From positions 1 through 56,196 of IMG/VR virus record IMGVR_UViG_3300010397_000013: a stretch of DNA of 56,196 nt; one strand, 5' to 3'. Made by a program: the position numbers and the translations under genes. This DNA comes from a virus (lineage: Duplodnaviria > Caudoviricetes). The notes under the pieces were generated by a model, which worked only from the letters and a program-made list of their open reading frames with translations, ran no database searches and was not told the origin of the DNA. This document shows, one piece after another, positions 28,578-35,929 of this stretch; within the stretch, counting starts at the first letter, position 1; each line of letters starts with the position of its first letter.

Positions 28578-30425
28578 ATGAAACACAAAATCTGGTGGTT
28601 TTTAGCAGGTATCGTGTGCTTGCTATTTGCGGTAGAAGCAATTCCAGCACCAAGCCCAACCATTTACGTGCCTTGGCCAGCAGTGATTGGAACGAATGAA
28701 ATTCAGGTCAACACAAGCGCGGCTACCAGCAAGATGCGCATTGGTCCCGCAACCCCCATCAGCCAAATCGCCTCCAACGCCGCGCAGAATGTGGTGAATG
28801 CGAGTGCGGTTTGGACGAACGATGGTTCAATCACGTATCCGATTGTCCAACAAGCAGTCTATATACAGTCCGAAAAAGGGTTATGGATTGGTGACAGCAA
28901 TGCTCTCAGAAATTTGCTAGGCTCATGGACATCTTCGGGACAAACCATCTCGTCTGTCCTGAGCGGGGATAGTGGGCATCAGTATAATGGATTCACGTTT
29001 GGTTACGCCAACAGCGGAACGAATGTTTACATCCAAGCAACAAGCTCGTCAGGTGATCCGCACATGGACTTCCTGATGTACGTAAACACCAATAACGTTG
29101 GTCACAACTACGATCTGGACATAGACCTTAATCGTAGTTTGATCGGTTTAAGTTCCACCGATAGCCAGAGCCGTTTTGTTATCGCAAACGGTGATGCGTT
29201 CTCAACCGGCAATATGCTGTTGGCGACGTTGAGGGGAATCTTGAAAATGGCACTTGGAACCAATGGGTCACTCTTTATCGCGGGTACAATCACCAACACC
29301 GCCCTCTCGCCATCCAAACTCGTTGCCACCGGCACCGGCACAAACCTGACCAGCAGCGCCTATGGCGACAGCGACATTGCCGGATGGCTTGCGACCAGCA
29401 ATAGCTTCGTCAAGATTCAAAACGGCACCGCGAACGCGCTGATTGAAACCAACTCTACGTTAATCGGCGCGGTGGCTCGCCCTGCCACTGGCGCAACCAC
29501 GCCCGCATTCGCCGTGGGCAACACCAACCTGAGCAGCACCAACCTATATGTAGGCACAAATGGTAATGTGGGGATCAATACGAATGCGCCCTCAGTGCCG
29601 CTCGAAGTTACCGGACCAAGCGGCACCGCAAATATTCTTACCGTGACAAGCAATGGAAACCCCATTGTCCATATTGCACCCTACGGTATTCGTGTTCGTA
29701 CACCATCATCAAACCCAAGCATCCCTGAAATTGCCTCCATCTCAGGCACCAATACTGGAATTTCATTTAATACTTCGGCCCCAAACATAACGTTCTTAGT
29801 GAACAGCGCACAGGCAGCAATGGTTGACGCAACAGGATTTGGAGTTCTTTCTGGTGGTGCATTTACTTTTGTAAACAACTCCTCAACGATCAACGCCAAT
29901 CCTGGCACAAAGATTGTCTCGCCACGTTTAGGAAGCGTGATAGTTAGCAATGCAGTGGCTCTAACAGCTTACAGCCTCGGCGGAACCATTTGCGTGTCGA
30001 ATAACCCGATAGCAAGTGCAGGTGCCTCACAAACCAACCTTATCACTTTTACGGTTAAGGCGAACACTCTCACCAACAACGGAGACCGCATCAAAGCCCG
30101 ATGGTCTGGTCGATTTGGTGCGACCGCAAATACCAAAGACCTTTTCGTAATCTTTGGATCAGAGACAATTCTGGACACTTCGGCACAAATTGTGAACTCC
30201 GGTGCATGGACTGTCGAAGCGGAGATAATCCGAACAGGCAATACCTCTCAAGCCGCTTCTGCTGAGTTTCACGGTGCGGGTGTTACTCTTTTCACAACTG
30301 CTGCGGCAGTGGATTTAGTTCAGACCAACGGTATCGCAACTGTGCTCAAAATGATGAGCACGGCTGCTGGAGATGGAGACGTAACAAACAGGACCATGAC
30401 AGTTGAATTTTACCCTGCACCGTGA
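28578..30425 (+). CDS. Tail-fibre/adhesin-like beta-rich protein with N-terminal signal-peptide-like segment
   Basis: Asn/Thr/Ser/Gly-rich; GNVGINTNAP fibre-type motif; MKHKIWWFLAGIVCLLFAVEA N-terminus. Confidence 0.65.
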   Translation: MKHKIWWFLAGIVCLLFAVEAIPAPSPTIYVPWPAVIGTNEIQVNTSAATSKMRIGPATPISQIASNAAQNVVNASAVWTNDGSITYPIVQQAVYIQSEKGLWIGDSNALRNLLGSWTSSGQTISSVLSGDSGHQYNGFTFGYANSGTNVYIQATSSSGDPHMDFLMYVNTNNVGHNYDLDIDLNRSLIGLSSTDSQSRFVIANGDAFSTGNMLLATLRGILKMALGTNGSLFIAGTITNTALSPSKLVATGTGTNLTSSAYGDSDIAGWLATSNSFVKIQNGTANALIETNSTLIGAVARPATGATTPAFAVGNTNLSSTNLYVGTNGNVGINTNAPSVPLEVTGPSGTANILTVTSNGNPIVHIAPYGIRVRTPSSNPSIPEIASISGTNTGISFNTSAPNITFLVNSAQAAMVDATGFGVLSGGAFTFVNNSSTINANPGTKIVSPRLGSVIVSNAVALTAYSLGGTICVSNNPIASAGASQTNLITFTVKANTLTNNGDRIKARWSGRFGATANTKDLFVIFGSETILDTSAQIVNSGAWTVEAEIIRTGNTSQAASAEFHGAGVTLFTTAAAVDLVQTNGIATVLKMMSTAAGDGDVTNRTMTVEFYPAP

Positions 30426-30427
30426 GC

Positions 30428-30970
30428 TTACGGCTTCCATGTTTCAAATCTGACCACATCGCTAACGATGGTTTGGTCAACTCCAAATTGCGCCCCAAGT
30501 TCCTCTTGGCTGTAATCGCCAGTCGCATACAGTGCTCGAATTTGTTCCGCTTTCTGCATCGTCAGCTTTGCCGAGTTGCACTGTTCCCCAACATGTCTTG
30601 GGGGCTTTACAAGTCGCCCTTTTCTCATGGCGTCCATGGTATTATCCATGTGTGTGCCAAGGAAAAGATGATCCGGGTTTACACAGCGGCGGTTGTCGCA
30701 TTTGTGGAGCACAAAAAGATCGCCGACCTCTCCGTGGTGCAGGAACCAAGAAACACGATGGACGTAGAGCACTCCACCCAGGCGCCCATTCTTGCTGATT
30801 ATTGCGTATCCATTGGGGATAAGACAACCTGCCCACTCCCAACATTTTCCAAGTTCGGGAGTGTGGGGTTGAACCGCTCCATCCTTATTCGCCTTACTCC
30901 AAAAGCGGTTGAGAAACGTTTTGGAAAATCCTTGAGCTTGCAGGAACTCCTGCGTAATTTCATTTCGCAT
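30428..30970 (-). CDS. HNH homing endonuclease with C-terminal HTH
   Basis: CWEWAG, HRVSW, VLHKCDNRRCVNPDHL.LGT..DN; SQEELGAQFGVDQTIVSDV helix-turn-helix. Confidence 0.9.
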   Translation of the reverse strand: MRNEITQEFLQAQGFSKTFLNRFWSKANKDGAVQPHTPELGKCWEWAGCLIPNGYAIISKNGRLGGVLYVHRVSWFLHHGEVGDLFVLHKCDNRRCVNPDHLFLGTHMDNTMDAMRKGRLVKPPRHVGEQCNSAKLTMQKAEQIRALYATGDYSQEELGAQFGVDQTIVSDVVRFETWKP

Positions 30971-31065
30971 TCGATCAGTTTGGTTGATTGTTTGTCACGC
31001 CTTCGGTTGTTCGTTCAACGCGAAGGCACTTTTATTATGGCTCAAACTGAAGCATTTTCGCAAGC

Positions 31066-31383
31066 ATGAAAACTCTCCTTGCCCTACTCCTAACCGCGCT
31101 CTCGTGCTTCGTGGCACAGCAACCGCCTACGACGTGGAAAGCCTACTTTTGGGGCGGAAACCAATACCGCCCTGTGGCGGCAGACACCAGCTTCGCTTTC
31201 CGCACCGAGGGCAGCAAAGACGCCTTCTGTGCTTTCTTGATACTGGTCCAATTCCCAGGGCCACAGCGCAGCCGACCCCGCTTACACGGCAGCATTTCAG
31301 GCAGTGGTGGCGAACGTGATGCAATCTGGCCTAGCACTTTCTGGAGGAAGTTTTTACGACACGGGAGTGGCGATTATGCCTAA
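31066..31383 (+). CDS. Putative secreted hypothetical protein
   Basis: MKTLLALLLTALSCFVAQ signal-like N-terminus. Confidence 0.45.
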   Translation: MKTLLALLLTALSCFVAQQPPTTWKAYFWGGNQYRPVAADTSFAFRTEGSKDAFCAFLILVQFPGPQRSRPRLHGSISGSGGERDAIWPSTFWRKFLRHGSGDYA

Positions 31384-31425
31384 CACTGGAACGGCTCACT
31401 TTGACCTGAACAGCTTCATCGCCCA

Positions 31426-31773
31426 ATGACCGAGGACGAAACCAACTGCCAGCGGTTGTCGAAACTCGAAGCCGAGTTGAAGGCCGAACGTGAGTTGCGC
31501 CTTGCCTTGCGCGATCTGTTTGACGAACGTGATAAAGCCAACAAAGAAGCGATCAAAGCCGCCTTCGCGTCGGCAGAGAAAGCCAATGACAAAACCGATC
31601 AAGGCTTGAAAGAATACAAACTTGCCAGCAACGAATGGAGGGCGACGGTGAACGATCTCGTCACCCGCATCAGCGCAAAGGGTGAGGGACTGCATCAAGG
31701 TTGGGCTTTCCTTTTGGGTTTAGTCGGTCTGGCAGGAACAATCACCGCCATCGTTTTGGCGTTTAGAAAGTGA
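31426..31773 (+). CDS. Coiled-coil protein with C-terminal TM (lysis-region membrane protein)
   Basis: Coiled coil plus WAFLLGLVGLAGTITAIVLAF. Confidence 0.65.
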   Translation: MTEDETNCQRLSKLEAELKAERELRLALRDLFDERDKANKEAIKAAFASAEKANDKTDQGLKEYKLASNEWRATVNDLVTRISAKGEGLHQGWAFLLGLVGLAGTITAIVLAFRK

Positions 31774-31780
31774 GAAAATT

Positions 31781-31930
31781 ATGAGCACTATACTTTTGGC
31801 ACTCTGGGTGATCTTGTTTGGCGTCATGGCACTCTTTCCATCGCAAGTGCCGAACTGGATTGTGCCATTCACAGCCATCGCAGTTGGCCTTATCGTTCTT
31901 GTTGGTGCCTGGCGAAGTCCAAAAACTTGA
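31781..31930 (+). CDS. Small two-TM membrane protein (MSTILLALWVILFG...)
   Basis: 49-aa hydrophobic ORF read by hand. Confidence 0.55.
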   Translation: MSTILLALWVILFGVMALFPSQVPNWIVPFTAIAVGLIVLVGAWRSPKT

Positions 31931-32036
31931 TGCGTCATGGAAGAACCGCACAAGGACGTGCCGAAACGCTCCAAGGGCGACAAGGACTTTATTTCAGAGT
32001 GCCAATGGTGGGTGAGAGAAGGTAAAAAAGAACACG

Positions 32037-32321
32037 ATGAAAAGCATAAAAACGACAATCGGCGGAGCGTTGGGGACGTTAGGGACAAGCCTTAGCGGTG
32101 TTGCGAGCATCAGCGCCATGTCTCAGTTTAATGGAAGTGGCAACATCACTAAGTTTACAATGGCTTGTGTAGCGACTGGCACGCTGCTTTCATGCCTTGG
32201 GAAGTTTTTCACCGCCCTGTTTGCAGCCGACAACAGCGAAGTTCAACGACGCTTAGTCGATCACGATGCGCAGATCGCCCAAATTAAAGAGGACACAACG
32301 CATACACAAAAACCGAAATGA
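32037..32321 (+). CDS. Putative holin
   Basis: MKSIKTTIGG..., two hydrophobic segments, A.D then a charged tail. Confidence 0.55.
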   Translation: MKSIKTTIGGALGTLGTSLSGVASISAMSQFNGSGNITKFTMACVATGTLLSCLGKFFTALFAADNSEVQRRLVDHDAQIAQIKEDTTHTQKPK

Positions 32322-32545
32322 CCCCATTGCAAGTATCACCAGCGCCATCGGTGCTTACTCCATCTGTTCACCGCCTTGATGAACATGGACGCAAGGCGAC
32401 CTTCATCATCGGCCAATTCGGCGCTGTGATCCCCGCGCCAAGCTGCAACAAAACTTTCCTCAGCAACCCAAAAGCGAGTCCGCTGCCTGTCGCATGTGGG
32501 CTTGAAGTAAGCTGTGTGCCTGCCTTAAAGGTTGCTGGGGATTAG
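32318..32545 (+). CDS. Hypothetical protein
   Basis: ATGA-coupled 75-aa ORF. Confidence 0.45.
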   Translation: MTPLQVSPAPSVLTPSVHRLDEHGRKATFIIGQFGAVIPAPSCNKTFLSNPKASPLPVACGLEVSCVPALKVAGD

Positions 32546-32547
32546 AA

Positions 32548-32754
32548 ATGTTGGTCATCTCCAGAAAAGCGAATGAATCATTCACCATCGGCGACAGCAT
32601 CACTGTAACCGTCTGCAATATTCGTCTGGACCAAGGCCAACCCATTGTCCGAATTGGGATTGACGCTCCGAAAGAACTCGCTATACATCGCTCCAATGCG
32701 AAAGCTAAGTATGAAAAACCTTCTGACCCTCCTTTTACTGGCAGCCACGATTAA
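32548..32754 (+). CDS. csrA: Carbon storage regulator CsrA/RsmA homologue
   Basis: MLVISRKANESFTIGDSITVTV...VRIGIDAPKELAIHR matches the CsrA consensus. Confidence 0.9.
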   Translation: MLVISRKANESFTIGDSITVTVCNIRLDQGQPIVRIGIDAPKELAIHRSNAKAKYEKPSDPPFTGSHD

Positions 32755-33196
32755 CCTTTTGGCACAGGAACCGCCGATACCCCCACCGCCACAACCACTA
32801 TTGAACGCTGGAGGCAACGCAATTCCAGCCCCACCGATGCCAGTGCCGCCAGAGCCGGCAACACCCGGAACCGCTCATCAGTGTTGGCAGACGAACATTG
32901 TTTTCATTGACACAAACCTTTTGCTTGGCACACGCCTAAACCAAAAAGTGATGACGGCTGGTGTTGAAATCGTCCCTAAGCACTGCCCTAAAATCTGGTA
33001 CTTCGGCATCGTTAACGAAGAACGCCGTCAATGGTGTATCCACGAACATGAAGCAGCGGCATTCGAGGCCAGCCAGTTCGATCCCGGACTAACTCAGTTG
33101 TGGCGCACGAAATATTTCGTTGAGGATTTAATGGTGGTGAAACTTAAAAAACCTACACCGCGCCAATGGATCATCCCCGCACAGGTTTCTAAATGA
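32711..33196 (+). CDS. Putative secreted Pro-rich protein
   Basis: MKNLLTLLLLAATINLLAQ signal peptide. Confidence 0.6.
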   Translation: MKNLLTLLLLAATINLLAQEPPIPPPPQPLLNAGGNAIPAPPMPVPPEPATPGTAHQCWQTNIVFIDTNLLLGTRLNQKVMTAGVEIVPKHCPKIWYFGIVNEERRQWCIHEHEAAAFEASQFDPGLTQLWRTKYFVEDLMVVKLKKPTPRQWIIPAQVSK

Positions 33197-33504
33197 TCCG
33201 CGCACTGTTCATCTTCTTCACTTGTGGCGCGTTTGCACAGACGTTCGACGTAGTGCCAACTCAATGGACTTTTTCGCAGGTTGGCCAGGTGATGACCGTT
33301 CAAGCGTTGTTCCAATCTTCGGTGCCAGGCAGTTACTACTTGCTTCGTTCAACTGATTTAAGTTCATGGACAACCGTGGCTTGCCTTTCGGCCACGAACT
33401 ATGCCTTGCGCCAGATCACAACTCAATGTCCGATGGATACAACGCCGCGAAGTTATTTGCGTGTTGTGCGTGGGGGACTTACGGTAGGTTGTTGCTGCAA
33501 ATAA
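33193..33504 (+). CDS. Putative secreted small beta protein
   Basis: Signal-like N-terminus ending AFA-Q; Y.L.RSTDLSSW motif. Confidence 0.6.
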   Translation: MIRALFIFFTCGAFAQTFDVVPTQWTFSQVGQVMTVQALFQSSVPGSYYLLRSTDLSSWTTVACLSATNYALRQITTQCPMDTTPRSYLRVVRGGLTVGCCCK

Positions 33505-33536
33505 AAATGGTGAGACAGGTTTTACCCCATCTCACC
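33499..33536 (-). terminator. Intrinsic terminator closing the pentamer array
   Basis: Minus strand GGTGAGATGGG-GTAAAA-CCTGTCTCACC followed by ATTTTTATTT. Confidence 0.8.
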
Positions 33537-33744
33537 GTACCCGACCGGACCCCGCCTAACAAAACAATACCGAACCTGACATGGCCTGACCATACCCCAA
33601 TCAACCTGACCAAGGCCCACCATTTCTCGCCATACCATAGAATTCCACTCCACAGACTACCGTTCCTTACCGGCCCGAAGGCCCGTACCGCACCTCGACA
33701 GAACTTAACCCAACTCACCAATCCATACCTTTACTTACCATGCC
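33522..33744 (-). repeat. Phased 5-nt GGY-NN repeat array (candidate guide RNA)
   Basis: 12 units (33744-33685), a UUCG hairpin, then 30 in-register units (33671-33522), of which 21 start with GG and 18 with GGY. Confidence 0.85.
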
Positions 33745-33750
33745 TCTAAA

Positions 33751-34392
33751 TCAGTCTTCCAACACTTCAAATCCAACAACGTTGAAACGTCCGAATGAAG
33801 GACGGAAATCTCCAAGTCCAATCAGCTTGCCAGCCGCCGCAATCGTTGAGTTGAGAAGTTGAGGCTCAATGTATTCCGGCAGGTTGATCATCAAAATGAA
33901 CTTTGCCTTCCAACCTTCACGCATCGCTGGACGCGAACGGGTAATGGCGTTTCTCTGAATACAAACCCTTCTGCGATCCATGTAATCCCACTCTTTAACC
34001 CCAAGACTGGCGAGTGGAGTGAGTGAAATCACAGCCGCCTTAAACAAGTCCGCTGCCGACTTACGCGGGGACCGAGGGTCTTGTTGGAACTTGGCGGCAC
34101 CAACAATCGCACCTCGCAGATATTCACCGGGAATTGCCAACTCGCCTTCATCTGTTCGATAGACGTAGCTTTCAACGTCATCAGATTTTTTCTCTGCACT
34201 TCCTTTCTTGGCCTTCGATTTCGACTCAACCGATTCGCAGTTCCACCGATGGAACAAGATTGGAGCCGTGCCTTCAATTGTGATTTCACACCGATAAGGC
34301 ATCATCATTTCAATGCCATTTGCTGCACCGTTACTTGGAGACTCACCACCTATTGCGCCAACGATTCTATTTTTCTCTAATGTTTTTGCCAT
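33751..34392 (-). CDS. Stand-alone Cas7/RAMP-like RNA-binding protein
   Basis: RAMP-type layout: N-terminal strand EITIEGTAPILFH, LAIPGEYLRGAI (cf. IPGSSLKGA), C-terminal Gly-rich loop GKLIGLGDFRPSFGRFNV. Confidence 0.75.
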   Translation of the reverse strand: MAKTLEKNRIVGAIGGESPSNGAANGIEMMMPYRCEITIEGTAPILFHRWNCESVESKSKAKKGSAEKKSDDVESYVYRTDEGELAIPGEYLRGAIVGAAKFQQDPRSPRKSAADLFKAAVISLTPLASLGVKEWDYMDRRRVCIQRNAITRSRPAMREGWKAKFILMINLPEYIEPQLLNSTIAAAGKLIGLGDFRPSFGRFNVVGFEVLED

Positions 34393-34395
34393 AAC

Positions 34396-34450
34396 TGACC
34401 ACGCCCATCCAGACCGAAGCCGATCACGCCTAACAGGATCACGCCGAAGC
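34396..34450 (-). repeat. Short 5-nt-phased array in the 5' UTR of the Cas7-like gene
   Basis: gcttc ggcgt gatcc tgtta ggcgt gatcg gcttc ggtct ggatg ggcgt ggtca, directly before gttATG. Confidence 0.6.
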
Positions 34451-34578
34451 CCATGGGAATTTTAAGAGCACCAGACCGCCAAAAGTTGTAGCGCCTCGCT
34501 TGGGAAGCGAAGCCAATTGACGACTGGTGCAAATTGTTTTGGTTTGCATAACGGGCTACAATCCGTTTAACAGTTGCA

Positions 34579-34607
34579 ATTTCAGCAGAATACCGGTAAT
34601 AAGTCAA
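34579..34607 (-). promoter_or_regulatory. Putative promoter of the Cas7-like operon
   Basis: TTGACT-17 nt-TGAAAT with an extended TG. Confidence 0.5.
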
Positions 34608-34624
34608 TAATAAACTTTGGAAAT

Positions 34625-34813
34625 ATGAAAATAACCCTGCTCCTTCCACTCCTCTGTCTCTGCTGCACCTCTTGCAGCACAACGAACATCTCGAAGCTCG
34701 CCGAGCAGTTAAAGAACGACCCCGCGACAGTGGACCTCAACGTAACGACTATCTGGGGTTCGTTTCAATTCCATCGCTCGTTCCCAACGAATTGGGTGCC
34801 GCCGAAGAAGTAG
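34625..34813 (+). CDS. Small lipoprotein
   Basis: MKITLLLPLLCLCCTSC lipobox-like signal. Confidence 0.6.
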   Translation: MKITLLLPLLCLCCTSCSTTNISKLAEQLKNDPATVDLNVTTIWGSFQFHRSFPTNWVPPKK

Positions 34814-34814
34814 G

Positions 34815-35380
34815 GCACAGGATGCATTTTTGCGGAGCGTTAACCACTGACTATCATCTTACTCCCCGAATGAGGAGAGATCGAACCGTGATCCGATCTC
34901 ATTCGCCCGTCACGGCGAACAGCCTGTATTAAATTGGTGGCTGCTCGTTGCTTTACCCCGGTTTTTCTCCGGGCAAGCAGCCATTAAAATTGATGCGGCA
35001 TCGAACCCTTGTTCGTTCTCAGCTTGGCTAACCCGCCATGCCGCGTGGCGTTCTCGTTTCGCGCATTTGGCTCGCACTTACCTTACCTTCATGGAGCGCG
35101 TGGAATCAGGTCCACTCTGCTTTGATCCACTACTGCATTGAGCCATTGGTAATTTATTCACAGCCAGCGCCATGTCATATCACAATGAAACCGGGCTGCG
35201 CATTTCTGCGCTCTGTTAATTTCAATCCGCACCCTGCAACTCAATGCGGGGTGACATCTTTATCGCTCTCTGGCGCTGGCTGAAATTTGGTGGCTCCCCC
35301 CGCTTTTCACGAGAATCCCGCGAACAGCCAGCCTAGGACTCTCGTTCGCAGTCATCGGAATTGCACCGATAGTAGCCATA
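34815..35380 (-). ncRNA. Cluster of structured RNA modules, two ending in ACCA
   Basis: No convincing ORF; multiple stems separated by AT-rich linkers. Confidence 0.55.
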
Positions 35381-35386
35381 AATGGA

Positions 35387-35929
35387 TTACGGCTTCGGGG
35401 TCGGAGTGCCAGCAACCAAACCAAGGTTCGCCGCATTGGCTCCAATCACACTGAGGCGGACTACATCGCTGATTTCCTCAACGCCCTCTCCGAGGTCGGC
35501 ATCGGCCTTGACCATGACTTCCGTATCACCCGGATCATCGCTGCTGATCAGGTCAGCGGACAGGCCGTCATCGGCAACCTTCACTTGGCTGCTTCCACTG
35601 ATGACTGTCCATGAAGGTGAGCCATCCAGTTTGGCAGGTTTGCCGGTAGCGGTGACGGGTTTCAACGTAACGTTTACTTGCTGCTCATTTGTTATTCGAA
35701 TTTCCAGGGGCATTTTTATCTCTTTCTCTTTTGGTTTTGGCTGCCCGACAGACCAACCGAATCGAACAGTCCGTGTTTTTGTCTCACTACATCCAAACAA
35801 CCGGCAAAGCCAGTTTTGGAAATTTGTCTTTTTCACAACGTGCTCAATCTCGGCGATTGATGCATCAACTTCAATCACAACTTTAGGCATAGCAACACTC
35901 ACTCTACCTGCTCGCGCCCTTCTCGGCAA
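35387..35929 (-). CDS. Ig-like domain protein (possible internal start at 35713, MPLEIRITN...)
   Basis: Beta-strand-rich C-terminal 108 aa; purine-rich tract before the internal ATG. Confidence 0.6.
   Translation of the reverse strand: MPRRARAGRVSVAMPKVVIEVDASIAEIEHVVKKTNFQNWLCRLFGCSETKTRTVRFGWSVGQPKPKEKEIKMPLEIRITNEQQVNVTLKPVTATGKPAKLDGSPSWTVISGSSQVKVADDGLSADLISSDDPGDTEVMVKADADLGEGVEEISDVVRLSVIGANAANLGLVAGTPTPKP

Noticed and set aside
30422-31069. 215-aa + strand ORF opposite the HNH gene
   Set aside because: The minus-strand frame has unambiguous HNH motifs; the + frame has none
33522-33744. Canonical CRISPR array next to the Cas7-like gene
   Set aside because: No 25-45 nt direct repeats with unique spacers here or noticed elsewhere; no cas1/2/5/6 recognised
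33366-33749. ORFs 33366..33749 (+) and 33479..33721 (-) over the pentamer array
   Set aside because: Their Pro/Thr- or Gly/Val/Trp-rich translations are by-products of the 5-nt periodicity; the UUCG hairpin and terminator argue for a non-coding RNA
35288-35377. Canonical tRNA gene
   Set aside because: Has an ACCA end and a T-arm-like hairpin, but arm order and anticodon arm do not fit a cloverleaf; reported as tRNA-like instead
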